Shown in pieces: positions 39,224-50,260 of a DNA stretch of 64,000 nt; within the stretch, counting starts at the first letter, position 1; each line of letters opens with the position of its first letter. The notes below the pieces were generated by a model. That model saw only the letters and a list, made by a program, of their open reading frames with translations, ran no database searches and was not told where the DNA came from. The stretch is from Geopsychrobacteraceae bacterium (GTDB taxonomy: Bacteria; Desulfobacterota; Desulfuromonadia; Desulfuromonadales; Geopsychrobacteraceae), in assembly GCA_963662315.1 (NCBI GenBank), contig OY759353.1, forward strand, positions 3,744,001-3,808,000, read 5' to 3'. A program made the position numbers and the translations under genes.

Positions 39224-41836
39224 ATGGATATGAATAAAATGACCCAGAAGGTTCAGGATGCATTGCAGGCCGCGCAGGCAGAAGCGTTGCGGTTTGGTCA
39301 TGCTGAAATTGATGGCGAGCACGTGCTGTTGGCGTTATGCGAACAGCAGGATGGCCTGATTCCACGCCTGTTGCAGAAGATGGATGCCAATGTTCAGGAA
39401 CTGACCGCTGCGCTGCGTAAAGATATTGAAGGTCGTCCCCGTGTTGGCGGTCCGGGAGCCAACAGCAGTCAGCTCTATGCCAGCAGGCGCTTAAGTAACC
39501 TGCTGTTGCAGGCCCAGACCGAAGCCGGGCAGTTAAAAGATGAATATATCAGTGTTGAGCACATTCTGTTAGCGGTCGTCAGCGAAGGCGAACGGACCGT
39601 TGCCGGGCGTCTGCTTAATAAGCAACGGGTTAATCGTGACAAGTTACTGCAGGCCCTTAACCAGGTGCGTGGCAGTCAGCGAGTGACCAGTCAGGACCCG
39701 GAAGCAACCTATGAAGCTCTGGAAAAATATGGGCGGGATCTGGTTGAAGCCGTTAAAAAAGGCAAGCTTGATCCGGTTATTGGGCGTGATGAAGAAATTC
39801 GCCGGGTGATCCGGATTCTGTCACGCAAAACCAAAAATAATCCGGTTCTGATCGGTGAACCCGGGGTTGGTAAGACGGCCATTGTCGAAGGTTTGGCCCA
39901 TCGGATCGTGCGGGGTGATGTTCCCGAAGGCTTGAAAGGGAAGACGGTTTATTCCCTCGACATGGGCGCTCTGGTTGCTGGAGCCAAGTATCGCGGTGAG
40001 TTTGAGGAACGTCTGAAAGCTGTGCTGAAAGAGATCCATGACAGCAACGGACGGATCCTCCTTTTTATTGATGAGCTGCATACCATTGTCGGGACCGGGA
40101 AAAGTGAAGGCGCCATCGATGCCGGTAATATGCTCAAGCCGATGCTGGCCCGTGGCGAGCTGCATTGTATCGGTGCGACGACCCTCGATGAATATCGTCA
40201 ATATCTCGAGAAAGATCCGGCTCTGGAGCGACGTTTTCAACCGGTTTTGGTCCAGCAGCCCAATGTTGAAGCGACAATCAGCATTCTGCGGGGTTTGAAG
40301 GAACGCTTCGAGGTTTATCACGGAGTGCGCATTCATGATAACGCTCTGGTGGCGGCAGCTGAGCTGAGTCATCGCTATATTGCCGACCGCTTTTTGCCTG
40401 ATAAAGCGATCGACCTGGTTGATGAGGCCTGTGCAACAATTCGGACTGAGATTGATTCGATGCCGGCGGAACTTGATGCCGCAACCAGACGTCTTGTTCA
40501 GCTGGAAATTGAAGAAGCGGCTCTAAAAAAAGAGACAGACCCGGCCAGCATGGAGCGGCTGGCAACCTTACAGAAGGAGTTGGCGGATTTAAAAACAACA
40601 GAGCAGACGCTGGCGGCCCAATGGCAATTGGAAAAAGGAGGGATCAAGAGTGTTCAGAACTTACGTGAAGAGATTGAACAATTACGCCTCGAAGTGGAAA
40701 AAGCCGAACGTAACTATGATCTCAACCGTGCCGCGGAATTAAAATACGGGCGGCTTCCGGAGCTGGAAAAACAGCTGGCAAGTGAAGAAGGTAAGCTGGA
40801 AAGTACTGACAATCAGGCAAAAATGCTGCGGGAAGAGGTGACAGAAGATGAAATTGCCGAAATTATTTCACGCTGGACCGGTATTCCGATTACCCGTCTG
40901 GTGGAAAGTGAGCGGGATAAACTGCTGCGCCTTGATAAAATACTACATCAGCGGGTGATTGGGCAGGACGAGGCAGTACAACGGGTTGCCGATGCGGTTA
41001 TCCGGGCGCGGGCCGGCATCAAGGATCCGCGGCGGCCGATCGGTTCGTTTATTTTCCTGGGTCCGACCGGGGTTGGTAAAACCGAACTGGCACGCACTCT
41101 GGCTGAAGCCTTGTTCGACAGTGAAGATAACATTATCCGCATCGATATGTCGGAATATATGGAAAAGCACGCCGTCAGTCGTCTGTTGGGCGCGCCTCCC
41201 GGATATGTGGGGTACGAGGAGGGTGGCCAGTTAACGGAAGCGGTCAGACGCCGCCCCTATTCGGTCATTCTTTTTGATGAGATCGAAAAGGCCCATCCGG
41301 ATGTATTTAATGTGCTGCTGCAGATTCTTGATGATGGGCGGGCAACCGATGCCAAAGGGCGTACGGTTAATTTTAAAAATGCCGTTATCATTATGACGTC
41401 GAACATTGCTTCTCAGTATCTTCTTGAAGGCATTAGGGATGGGGAAATTCCCGAGGCGGTTCAGCGGCAGGTTGAGCAGGCTCTGCGGCAGAGTTTCAGG
41501 CCAGAGTTTCTTAATCGGGTCGATGATATTGTGATTTTTAAACCTCTGACGAAAGATGAAATACGTAAAATCGTACTGTTGTTGATCGACGAGTTACGCA
41601 AGCGGATAGCTGAACAGCGTCTGAAGCTTGAGTTGACCGATGCTGCTTGCGATTATATTGCCGAAAGTGCTTATGATCCGGTTTTTGGTGCCCGGCCATT
41701 AAAACGTTTTATTCAGCGCGAGCTGGAAACCAGAGTGGGGCGCGCGCTCATTGCCGGAGATGCTGTTGCTGGCAGCAAAGTCATCGTTGATCGTGACGCG
41801 TCTGGGCTGACCGTGTCTATCGCTGAAAAAGGATAA
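39224..41836 (+). CDS. clpB: ATP-dependent disaggregase ClpB
   Basis: Two AAA+ domains ([16 protein letters not shown]), coiled-coil M domain, [13 protein letters not shown]. Confidence 0.97.
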   Translation: MDMNKMTQKVQDALQAAQAEALRFGHAEIDGEHVLLALCEQQDGLIPRLLQKMDANVQELTAALRKDIEGRPRVGGPGANSSQLYASRRLSNLLLQAQTEAGQLKDEYISVEHILLAVVSEGERTVAGRLLNKQRVNRDKLLQALNQVRGSQRVTSQDPEATYEALEKYGRDLVEAVKKGKLDPVIGRDEEIRRVIRILSRKTKNNPVLIGEPGVGKTAIVEGLAHRIVRGDVPEGLKGKTVYSLDMGALVAGAKYRGEFEERLKAVLKEIHDSNGRILLFIDELHTIVGTGKSEGAIDAGNMLKPMLARGELHCIGATTLDEYRQYLEKDPALERRFQPVLVQQPNVEATISILRGLKERFEVYHGVRIHDNALVAAAELSHRYIADRFLPDKAIDLVDEACATIRTEIDSMPAELDAATRRLVQLEIEEAALKKETDPASMERLATLQKELADLKTTEQTLAAQWQLEKGGIKSVQNLREEIEQLRLEVEKAERNYDLNRAAELKYGRLPELEKQLASEEGKLESTDNQAKMLREEVTEDEIAEIISRWTGIPITRLVESERDKLLRLDKILHQRVIGQDEAVQRVADAVIRARAGIKDPRRPIGSFIFLGPTGVGKTELARTLAEALFDSEDNIIRIDMSEYMEKHAVSRLLGAPPGYVGYEEGGQLTEAVRRRPYSVILFDEIEKAHPDVFNVLLQILDDGRATDAKGRTVNFKNAVIIMTSNIASQYLLEGIRDGEIPEAVQRQVEQALRQSFRPEFLNRVDDIVIFKPLTKDEIRKIVLLLIDELRKRIAEQRLKLELTDAACDYIAESAYDPVFGARPLKRFIQRELETRVGRALIAGDAVAGSKVIVDRDASGLTVSIAEKG

Positions 41837-41891
41837 TGAAAATAGATAGATGGTGAGAAAGAAAAAATATTACTAAAATGGTCGAATTTTC

Positions 41892-41919
41892 TTGCCAAGA
41901 CGAATTTTGGCCCTATAAT
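41892..41919 (+). promoter_or_regulatory. Putative sigma70 promoter
   Basis: TTGCCA-N16-TATAAT, overlapped by direct repeat CGAATTTT x2. Confidence 0.5.
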
Positions 41920-41976
41920 TAACTCAAAAGGTAATAATTAGATCTTAAACCTCGATATATCTCGTGGAGGGACACT

Positions 41977-42252
41977 ATGCGTATCGATATTCTCTGTAAG
42001 CCAGGACATCCTGAGAGTTGCCAAAATACCGTTGAAAATGTTCGCGAGGCTCTGACTCAACTTGGGGTCGAAGCAGAAGTTCATCAGTACAGTGACTCCA
42101 GAAAAATGATAGATAACCGAATTTATGTCGTTCCGGCACTGATGATTGATGATCAGGTGCGAATCGCCGGTCGGGTGCCAGGGGTAGAGGAAATCGTGAA
42201 TTTCCTTGTTGAAAGACCCCGTTACCTGAGAGACGTTGCAGAAGTCGCCTGA
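41977..42252 (+). CDS. Small thioredoxin-fold protein (MTH895/thioredoxin_3-like)
   Basis: VPALMIDD...GRVP..EEI; atypical CKPGHPESC. Confidence 0.75.
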   Translation: MRIDILCKPGHPESCQNTVENVREALTQLGVEAEVHQYSDSRKMIDNRIYVVPALMIDDQVRIAGRVPGVEEIVNFLVERPRYLRDVAEVA

Positions 42253-42278
42253 TCTCTAACGTTCATTTGTCAGTAATC

Positions 42279-42322
42279 AAACACAAAACCCCCTGTTCTT
42301 TGTAACAGGGGGTTTTGTGTTT
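42279..42322. terminator. Bidirectional terminator
   Basis: Perfect 19-bp inverted repeat AAACACAAAACCCCCTGTT. Confidence 0.85.
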
Positions 42323-42502
42323 ACAGGAAAATAGTTACACAGCCTTAAGGAACCTTTCTTATCTCCATGATGATTTTATCTTTATCAGCTATAAAAGAAT
42401 AAAAATAACGTAATTTGGTCAAAATGGAGTAAGTTCTATTGACAAACTATTTATATTTTTTAATCTGTAAGGAGAGCACATTTTGTTCATATGGAGATGA
42501 CT

Positions 42503-43873
42503 ATGGCAAAGATTATGCTGGTTGACGATGTTGATCTCTTTTTACAGCTGGAACGGTCTTACCTGGATGGCTGCGGCTATGATCTGGTGACCGCATCCTC
42601 CGGTGAAGAAACTCTGCAGCGACTCGAGCGTATCGCTCCTGATGTATTGCTGCTTGATTACTATATGCCCGGTATTAACGGTGATGATGTCTGTCGGACC
42701 ATCCGTAATAATCCTCTCTGGGAAAAGTTGCCGATCTTGATGGTGACGGCCGCCGGGAAGGCACATGAAATTCAAAGCTGCATTGACGCCGGTTGTGATG
42801 ATTACATCACCAAGCCGGTCAACAAGGAAGAGCTCAGAGACAAAATTGAAAGGTTATTGGGGCAGGTAACCCGGCGTCAGGCAGAGAGGGTCGCGGTTAA
42901 ACTTCCGGTTCAGGTTCAGACCGGTGAAACGATTAATGTGTCACGGGCTGAAGATATTTCAAGGAGTGGCATGTATCTTAAATCGCCAACTCTGCTGAAA
43001 GAGAATTCAGTTGTATCTCTGAAACTGGAAGGGGTTGATGGTGATCTGATTTCCTTATATGGCAAAGTAAAGCGTGCTGACAAGGGGAAGGCTGGTCAGT
43101 ACGGTGTCTATTTCATCTATCCAGATCAGCAGAGTAAAGAGAAGCTTGACCAACTGGTCGTGAGTAAAAAAAACGAAGTTATCGAGAAAACCTGTGGGGC
43201 AGAGTTGGAGTTGGGGCGGCGCTTGCAAGCTCTGGAGCAGGAATGTGCCAAGTTGCGGCATCAGCAGGAGGACTCGCAGCGGCGTATCGGTGAACTCGAG
43301 CAGGAGAATCTCGATTTTGCCAATCAATTGGTTCAGGTTGAAGAGGTCAACAATAATCTGACCAACCTCTACATTGCTTCATCCCGATTGCATTCAACGC
43401 TGGACCGCGAAGAGACTCTTGAAATCATTAAAGAGGTCGTGATCAATTTTGTTGGTGCTGAAAAATTTGCTATTTTCCTGCTTGATGGAACAGGGCATAA
43501 GCTGGCTTTTGAGACCGGCGAAGGTTTTGATGACGATGAGGTGTTTCCTGAAGTTACCCTCAACGAAGGCGTGCTTGGGGAGACTGCGGCAAAAGAAGAA
43601 AACTATTTCTATTCAGGACCGATAAGCGATGGTTCCGATGATGTGCTTTCGCCGATTATCGCCATTCCTCTGCTGATCCAAGGAAAGTTACTGGGGGTCC
43701 TGGCGATTTACCGACTGTTTATCCAAAAAGAACAGTTGGAATCCATCGACTACCAACTGTTCTCCATGCTTGGAGAGCATGCTGCGACCGCCTTGTTTTC
43801 ATCGACTCTTTACAGCCGCTCGGAGCGTAAGCGCCAGACCTATCAGGATGTGGTTGATATATTGCTTAAGTAG
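42503..43873 (+). CDS. Response regulator with REC, PilZ, coiled-coil and GAF domains
   Basis: DD, LLDYYMP, KP receiver; RQAER and DISRSG PilZ motifs; GAF with AIPL...LLGVLAI. Confidence 0.85.
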   Translation: MAKIMLVDDVDLFLQLERSYLDGCGYDLVTASSGEETLQRLERIAPDVLLLDYYMPGINGDDVCRTIRNNPLWEKLPILMVTAAGKAHEIQSCIDAGCDDYITKPVNKEELRDKIERLLGQVTRRQAERVAVKLPVQVQTGETINVSRAEDISRSGMYLKSPTLLKENSVVSLKLEGVDGDLISLYGKVKRADKGKAGQYGVYFIYPDQQSKEKLDQLVVSKKNEVIEKTCGAELELGRRLQALEQECAKLRHQQEDSQRRIGELEQENLDFANQLVQVEEVNNNLTNLYIASSRLHSTLDREETLEIIKEVVINFVGAEKFAIFLLDGTGHKLAFETGEGFDDDEVFPEVTLNEGVLGETAAKEENYFYSGPISDGSDDVLSPIIAIPLLIQGKLLGVLAIYRLFIQKEQLESIDYQLFSMLGEHAATALFSSTLYSRSERKRQTYQDVVDILLK

Positions 43874-43878
43874 ACGTC

Positions 43879-45723
43879 TCAGGCGGGGATCAGCAACCCC
43901 TGAGCTATGGCAAAATCTATTTCCTCCGCGTGCACATGCTTATGCAGACGAAGTAACTCCGCCAGGTTTTTGCTGCCATCGGCTTGCAGCAGCAAGCGCG
44001 CGAAATCATCGTTTAGAGCTTCAATAATCACGTCCTCCTTCTGCCGCAGGAAAATGACATATTCCTTCTCTTTACTCAGCAGTCCCGTTAATTTTTTCAA
44101 TGGTTCACCACCGTAGGTTTCGATATCTTCCAGAGGGTGATAAAAGCGGTGCAGATAGCAGTGTGGGTTGCGTTGCCAGCGCACCGACTTTTGTGATCCT
44201 CGTGGCGATTGTGGCTCACAACTTTGGGCCAGGACGATCTCGGCGCAGTAATAATGGTAATGGATCAGATCTTCAATAAGGTTCAGATAGGCTGACAGCT
44301 GGTTATGTTTCAGCAGTGAGTGGCAAAAGCCTATCTGGTGTGGAAGAATGTCAGCGGGCCACCAGCTTTCAGCACAGTCAATATCCTTTGCTGGGAGGTC
44401 TTTCTGTTTTGTGAGCCAGTCTGAAAACAGACTGAGCACCTGGCTGGGACTCATTTTTACCAGTTGACAGAGTTGGAGAAAAAATCCGACTGCGCGACCA
44501 CGGTTGTAAAAAATGTCGGTTGCCACGGCCAGTTTTCGGCTCAGGAGCAGTTCTGACGCGGGGTAACTCTGGTTGCTGGTAATGCTGTAAGGCGGCTTGG
44601 ACTCGGCGCTCACCCCGAACCGCTCCTGGTGATTAAATATTTCAGTGCCGGGCAGTACCGCGAGGGGAAATATATCCACCTGATTGGGCTGCTGGTTCAG
44701 TGCGAAATCGAGACTGCGCATAAACCCCTGGTGATTATCGTGGGGCAACCCGTAAATAAGATCGAGACCGAACGTCACCCCTGCTTCGGACAGTATTTTC
44801 AGTTTATTGGTCATTTGCGCTTCTTTGAAATTGCGATGCAATGGGCGCAATACTTCAGGATCTGCCGATTGCAGTCCAATCTGAACTGAACAATGCAGCT
44901 GAGCCAGAAGTTCGGCTGTTTCCTGATCGAGAAAATCAGCTTTGGCTTCGATATGGTAATGAATATCCGGAGCGGTAGCCAACAGTAAACGCAGCAGTTG
45001 TTTACCGCGCTCTACAGGTGCGTTGAAGGTTGAATCCAGAACCCAGATCTGGCTGATCTGATGGCGGGCAAAGAGTTCCAGTTCGGCCTTGAGGCGAGCT
45101 TTCGGCAGGGGGCGAACCCCATTGTGCCCTTTGGCATCGAAACAGAAAGCACAGTTGAAGCGGCATCCTCTGGCGACTTCCCATAAAATACCGCCCCCCA
45201 TGGAGGGCTTGAGAGTCCCGCTTAGCCAGGGAGATACCAGTTTGGAAAGATCAGGGACACAGGCTTGTTCTTCTAGCGGGGCTTGACTGCCTGGGAGTAC
45301 CAGTCCGGGAACCTGTTCCCAGTCTTGCTGGTTCTCAATGCATGTCAACAGGCGACTGAAGGCTTCCTCTCCTTCACCACGAATAACAGCGTCGAGTTGT
45401 CCTTCCTCCAGAACTCGCAGGCTGTCGGCACTGGCCTCTGGTCCACCTGCGACAGTGATCAGTTGCTGCTGCAGTTTTTTGAGGTGCTCAGCAACTTTAA
45501 GCAGTTGGCTGCGGTTCCAGACATAAAGAGAAAATGCAACCAGGTCGGGTGCGCATGACAGGATTTGGTCACACATCTGCTGAATGTGTTGTCCCGGATA
45601 GAACTCAATCAGTTTGGTATGCTGGCGCTGCGCTTCGGGCAGTGCTGCTTTAAGATTTCCGGCAGCCAGCGGGATCGCCTGTGCCGAGTCGTTGACATGC
45701 AGAGTGACAAGCAGAATGTTCAT
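43879..45723 (-). CDS. B12-binding domain radical SAM protein
   Basis: AFSLYVWN, GGPE, RGEGE; RGCRFNCAFC (CxxxCxxC); DLIYGLP. Confidence 0.92.
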   Translation of the reverse strand: MNILLVTLHVNDSAQAIPLAAGNLKAALPEAQRQHTKLIEFYPGQHIQQMCDQILSCAPDLVAFSLYVWNRSQLLKVAEHLKKLQQQLITVAGGPEASADSLRVLEEGQLDAVIRGEGEEAFSRLLTCIENQQDWEQVPGLVLPGSQAPLEEQACVPDLSKLVSPWLSGTLKPSMGGGILWEVARGCRFNCAFCFDAKGHNGVRPLPKARLKAELELFARHQISQIWVLDSTFNAPVERGKQLLRLLLATAPDIHYHIEAKADFLDQETAELLAQLHCSVQIGLQSADPEVLRPLHRNFKEAQMTNKLKILSEAGVTFGLDLIYGLPHDNHQGFMRSLDFALNQQPNQVDIFPLAVLPGTEIFNHQERFGVSAESKPPYSITSNQSYPASELLLSRKLAVATDIFYNRGRAVGFFLQLCQLVKMSPSQVLSLFSDWLTKQKDLPAKDIDCAESWWPADILPHQIGFCHSLLKHNQLSAYLNLIEDLIHYHYYCAEIVLAQSCEPQSPRGSQKSVRWQRNPHCYLHRFYHPLEDIETYGGEPLKKLTGLLSKEKEYVIFLRQKEDVIIEALNDDFARLLLQADGSKNLAELLRLHKHVHAEEIDFAIAQGLLIPA

Positions 45724-45732
45724 ATGGGGCAA

Positions 45733-46290
45733 CTATTTCTTCAGACTGACTTTGATACGTGGTTTCCCCTCACTGGTATCGATACTAAACTGAACAGGTT
45801 GGTCACCATAGCGGCTGCGGATTTTTTCCCGTTGTGCGGACAGGAATTCCGCGACTTTTGAGGCGCTGGGGCCTTCACCACTAAGGCCACACTGCTGGCG
45901 TGCTTTATTCAGTGCAGCATGCAACTGGGCTGCTTCCTGATCGCTGTTACTGACGGCGGGAGTCTGTGGGTTAGCTAAGGCAGAACTTGGAGCGGTTAGT
46001 TTGACCAGATGGCGGTGGTATTTTCCTTCGTCCATCAGGCGTAAAATCCGGTCCCAATATTGACCGTAGGTCATAAAGCGGGTGGCCAGATTTTGGTAGC
46101 GGAATTTCAGATCCGTCCAGACGATTTTGCGATTGGTGAATTGGCGTAAGCGGCGTGCCATAAGGGTGCGGCGGTTTTGGGGCTCGCGGCGCTCGAGACC
46201 TGCAAAATACTGTTCATACAATACTTCCAGTTCCTTTAGCTCCTGTTGAATATCATCAAGCTCTTTGGCTAGTTTACGGCGCTCATCCAT
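45733..46290 (-). CDS. Hypothetical protein, MXAN_5187 C-terminal domain-like
   Basis: YEQYFAG.ERREP, FRYQNL..RF..Y...W.R.LR..EG pattern recalled from myxobacterial/deltaproteobacterial proteins. Confidence 0.65.
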   Translation of the reverse strand: MDERRKLAKELDDIQQELKELEVLYEQYFAGLERREPQNRRTLMARRLRQFTNRKIVWTDLKFRYQNLATRFMTYGQYWDRILRLMDEGKYHRHLVKLTAPSSALANPQTPAVSNSDQEAAQLHAALNKARQQCGLSGEGPSASKVAEFLSAQREKIRSRYGDQPVQFSIDTSEGKPRIKVSLKK

Positions 46291-46521
46291 AATTATTTTA
46301 CCACCTCCGGCAGCAGAACTATACGCGAGTCAATGATTGTTGTAAATAATTAGAAAGACTTTACCCAATAAAAGCTGATGTGCTTGACTCTTTGGGTGCA
46401 CATTTGAAATAGTAACCTTTTTGTCAGATAAAGAAGCTACAATGACTTGGAATCATTATTCCTGTATTCTCTTTCTTCAAATAAAGGGCATCGGCCCACA
46501 AAATTCTCTTCGGGGGTATCA

Positions 46522-47901
46522 ATGAGTAAAGGACTTGCTGCAGTTATTCTCGCTGCCGGAAAAGGAACGCGGATGAAATCCGCACTGCCAAAGGTTCTGC
46601 ATCCTCTATGCGGACAGCCGATGCTGGCCTATCCACTGGATGCGGCACGGATGGCCGGTTTTAATCAGCTTAAAGTTGTTACTGGACATGGCTCGGAGCA
46701 GGTGCGCCAGACATTTACCTCTGGTGATATTGAATGGGTGGAGCAGACCGATCAGCTTGGGACTGGTCACGCCCTGATGTGTGCATCTGGTGCCTTGTGC
46801 GGCTATACGGGTGCGTTGCTTCTACTGTGCGGGGACGTGCCCCTTCTGAAGGCGCAAACTATAGAACGTCTCTATGAATATCATTCCGGCCAGGGGGCTG
46901 CGGTTACGGTGTTGACCGCGCAAATGCCGAACCCGACGGGGTATGGGCGTATTATTCGTGACGGTGAACAGGTTCTGCGCATTGTTGAAGAGAAGGATGC
47001 CAGTGAAGCAGAGCGTCAGGTCTCAGAAATCAACACCGGGACCTATATCTTTGATGCGGCGTTTGTTCTTTCGGCATTGAAAGGACTCAACAAAAATAAT
47101 GCTCAAAAAGAGTATTACCTGACCGATGTTGTTGCTGCCGCTGTTAGCCAGGGGTTGAAGACCCGAGCCCTGGCGGTTGAAGACCCGACAGAGGCCATGG
47201 GGATTAATGATCGTTGTCAGCTGGCTGAGGCCGAAGTGCTGATGCGCTGGAAAATTAACGCCGACCTGATGTTTGGCGGTATTTCCATGACCGATCCCAC
47301 CACCGTCTATGTGGATAACGGTGTAGAGATCGGTATGGATACCACGATTCACCCCAATGTGCATTTACGGGGCAAGACCCGGATCGGGAAAAACTGCATC
47401 ATTGAAACGGGTGTTGTCGTGGTTGATTCAACCGTGGCTGACGGTGTGCATCTGAAGGCTGGTTCAGCAATTGAAGAAGCCCAGATCGGTCCCCAGTGTA
47501 AAATCGGCCCTATGGCCCATCTCCGACCGGGGACGGTGCTGACCGGGAATAATAAAATCGGCAATTATGTCGAAACCAAAAAAGCGGTGATCGGCGAAGG
47601 TTCCCAGGCCAGCCATCTGACTTACATTGGTGATGCCGAGGTCGGGAAAAATGTTAATTTTGGCTGTGGGACAATCACCTGTAATTACGATGGTGTCAAC
47701 AAATACAAAACCATTGTCGAAGATGATGTTTTTGTTGGTAGCGATACCCAGTTTATCGCACCGGTAACTATCGGACGCAACAGTCTGATTGCCGCCGGAA
47801 CAACCGTTACCAAAGACGTTCCCGCGGATTCGTTGGCATTATCGCGTACACCTCAGAAGGTGATTGCCGGCTGGAAAACCAGAAAACAGAAAAAGTCTTG
47901 A
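46522..47901 (+). CDS. glmU: Bifunctional UDP-GlcNAc pyrophosphorylase/glucosamine-1-P acetyltransferase
   Basis: ILAAGKGTRMKS, EYYLTD, hexapeptide repeats, NYDG. Confidence 0.97.
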   Translation: MSKGLAAVILAAGKGTRMKSALPKVLHPLCGQPMLAYPLDAARMAGFNQLKVVTGHGSEQVRQTFTSGDIEWVEQTDQLGTGHALMCASGALCGYTGALLLLCGDVPLLKAQTIERLYEYHSGQGAAVTVLTAQMPNPTGYGRIIRDGEQVLRIVEEKDASEAERQVSEINTGTYIFDAAFVLSALKGLNKNNAQKEYYLTDVVAAAVSQGLKTRALAVEDPTEAMGINDRCQLAEAEVLMRWKINADLMFGGISMTDPTTVYVDNGVEIGMDTTIHPNVHLRGKTRIGKNCIIETGVVVVDSTVADGVHLKAGSAIEEAQIGPQCKIGPMAHLRPGTVLTGNNKIGNYVETKKAVIGEGSQASHLTYIGDAEVGKNVNFGCGTITCNYDGVNKYKTIVEDDVFVGSDTQFIAPVTIGRNSLIAAGTTVTKDVPADSLALSRTPQKVIAGWKTRKQKKS

Positions 47902-47915
47902 AGGGATAGATTATT

Positions 47916-49745
47916 ATGTGTGGAATAGTTGGATATATCGGTCAGCAGCAAGCTGCGCCAATCATAATTGAAGGTCTGCGTCGTCTTGAATATCGAGGTT
48001 ATGATTCTGCCGGAATCTGTACCCTGAACGGTGGTGAACCACTGATTCGTCGCGCCGAGGGAAAACTGATAAACCTGGAGCGGATTCTGGCCGAATTGCC
48101 CGCAACCGGATCGCGTGGCATCGGGCATACCCGCTGGGCGACGCACGGCCGGCCATCAGAGGTCAATGCTCATCCGCATCGTTCTAACGGAATTGTTGTT
48201 GTTCATAACGGTATCATAGAAAACTACCTGAAATTAAAAGCGCGCCTGCAGCAGGCCGGTCATCACTTTTCCTCGGAGACTGATACGGAGATCATTGCCC
48301 ATCTGGTTGATGAGCATATGCAGAAGTGTGGTGATTTCGAACAGGCTGTGCGCAATGCCCTGCAGGAGGTTGAAGGAGCCTATGCGGTTGCGATTCTCTG
48401 TGAGCAGGAACCTGACAAGCTGATCGCTGCCAAGCTCGGTTCACCGCTGGTGGTTGGGCAGGGGCAGGGTGAATATTTTGTGGCTTCAGACATTCCCGCC
48501 ATGCTGTCCCATACCCGTGAAATGATTTTTCTGGAAGATGGCGAAATCGTTGTTTTTACTCCTGAAAAAATGTGGGTGACCGACCTTTCCGGTGCTTCAC
48601 TGACCAAGCAGAGCAAGACGATTACCTGGAGCCCATTGATGGCGGAGAAGGGTGGTTACAAACATTTTATGCTTAAGGAAATTTTTGAGCAGCCACGAGC
48701 TATCAGCGATACCCTGGCCGGACGTTTGAGAGCTGACGAAGGAGATATTTTCCTGGATGGCCTTGGCTTAAGCGAAGAGCAGTTAACCGGTATTGATAAG
48801 CTTTTCATCATCGCCTGTGGAACCTCATGGCATTCAGGTCTGGTTGGCAAGTTTTACCTGGAAAAAAATGCCCGGATTCCAGTTGAGATCGATATCGCCA
48901 GTGAGTTTCGCTATCGTGATCCGATCATTGGCGAGAACAGCCTGACGGTACTGATCAGTCAGAGTGGTGAAACGGCGGATACACTGGCCGCCCTGCGGGA
49001 AGCGAAAGGTAAAGGGGGGAAAACCCTGTGCATCTGCAACGTGGTCGATTCTTCCATCGCCCGTGAAAGTGACGGGGTCATTTATACTCATGCCGGACCG
49101 GAGATCGGCGTCGCTTCAACCAAGGCGTTTACCACTCAGCTCGTTGCCCTTTATCTGCTGGCGCTAAAGCTGGGCCGGATTCGTGGAGTTTTGTCGCAAA
49201 AGGAGTGTCAGCAGAAGATAGTTGATCTTCTGACTCTGCCACGCAAAATTGAAGAGACCCTTGAACTTAACGAAACCATTGAGGAGATCAGCAAACAGTA
49301 CATGAATGCGCGCGATTTCCTCTACCTGGGGCGTGGTAACCAATATCCTATTGCTTTGGAAGGCGCTCTCAAGCTCAAAGAGATTTCCTATATTCATGCC
49401 GAAGGATATCCTGCCGGTGAGATGAAGCATGGTCCCATTGCCTTGATCGACGAAAATTTGCCGGTTGTGGTTTTGGTCCCCCGTAATGCAACTTACGAAA
49501 AGGTTGTTTCCAATCTGCAGGAGGTCTGTGCCCGCGGTGGAATCGTTATTGCCATTACCAGTGGCAGTGAAGACGCCTTGAGCGATCAGATTGCAGCGGA
49601 GATTCGAGTACCGGATAGTGATGATGACCTGATGCCGATTCTGACTTCCATCCCGATTCAACTGCTCGCTTATCATGTTGCGGTGCTGAAAGGGACAGAT
49701 GTTGATCAGCCGCGTAATCTGGCCAAGAGTGTTACCGTGGAATAG
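47916..49745 (+). CDS. glmS: Glutamine-fructose-6-phosphate transaminase
   Basis: [35 protein letters not shown]. Confidence 0.98.
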   Translation: MCGIVGYIGQQQAAPIIIEGLRRLEYRGYDSAGICTLNGGEPLIRRAEGKLINLERILAELPATGSRGIGHTRWATHGRPSEVNAHPHRSNGIVVVHNGIIENYLKLKARLQQAGHHFSSETDTEIIAHLVDEHMQKCGDFEQAVRNALQEVEGAYAVAILCEQEPDKLIAAKLGSPLVVGQGQGEYFVASDIPAMLSHTREMIFLEDGEIVVFTPEKMWVTDLSGASLTKQSKTITWSPLMAEKGGYKHFMLKEIFEQPRAISDTLAGRLRADEGDIFLDGLGLSEEQLTGIDKLFIIACGTSWHSGLVGKFYLEKNARIPVEIDIASEFRYRDPIIGENSLTVLISQSGETADTLAALREAKGKGGKTLCICNVVDSSIARESDGVIYTHAGPEIGVASTKAFTTQLVALYLLALKLGRIRGVLSQKECQQKIVDLLTLPRKIEETLELNETIEEISKQYMNARDFLYLGRGNQYPIALEGALKLKEISYIHAEGYPAGEMKHGPIALIDENLPVVVLVPRNATYEKVVSNLQEVCARGGIVIAITSGSEDALSDQIAAEIRVPDSDDDLMPILTSIPIQLLAYHVAVLKGTDVDQPRNLAKSVTVE

Positions 49746-49791
49746 TTAGTGGAAGCTTTTGATCTGATTGACTTTTTGCATTGAAGAAAGC

Positions 49792-49824
49792 AAAGCCTCA
49801 GGCTCGCGTGGCCTGAGGCTTTTT
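49792..49824 (+). terminator. glmS terminator
   Basis: AAAGCCTCAGGC/GCCTGAGGCTTT. Confidence 0.85.
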
Positions 49825-49894
49825 GGTGTAAAACTGAAACGGATGCTTTTATTTTTCACTATCCCGGGTAATGTGTTGTCTTCAGGAGATTGCC

Positions 49895-50131
49895 ATGAAT
49901 TCTTATGTTGAGGCGGATGATTTCGAAATATCCCTTTCGGAGGTTGCCAAACGGCTCGGGAAAACCGAACTGGAGGTGCTCATGTATATTCGCTGCGGTT
50001 ATATTGAGGCTGAGGAAAAGAGCGATACCTGGTTCCTGTCAAAAGCGAGCTTAGGCCGATTTTTGGGGGAATCGTCCCACGTCACTTGTGCGACCGGCCG
50101 CAAGTGCAGTGAGTGCCCGGGCTGCCGCTAG
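49895..50131 (+). CDS. Small HTH-like protein with Cys-rich C-terminus
   Basis: AGGAG RBS; SLSEVAKRLG...YIRCG; CATGRKCSECPGC. Confidence 0.6.
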   Translation: MNSYVEADDFEISLSEVAKRLGKTELEVLMYIRCGYIEAEEKSDTWFLSKASLGRFLGESSHVTCATGRKCSECPGCR

Positions 50132-50137
50132 TTTCAG

Positions 50138-50166
50138 GCGGAAATGGCACTTTATTGCATTTCCGC
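50138..50166. terminator. Hairpin between convergent genes
   Basis: GCGGAAATG/CATTTCCGC. Confidence 0.5.
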
Positions 50167-50260
50167 GTCAATCCGCACAAAGTATTGGTTTTCTTGATGA
50201 TGTGATAAATACTTGTCTCCAAATCAGAACCTTCAGGGTTAAGATCGTTTCAGCAAAGGT

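Noticed and set aside
49700..49830. Tn7 insertion at attTn7 after glmS
   Set aside because: Terminator is intact; no tns genes or transposon ends seen
50146..50159. Sigma54-like TGGCACTTTATTGC
   Set aside because: Spacing is 9, and it lies in a hairpin between convergent genes
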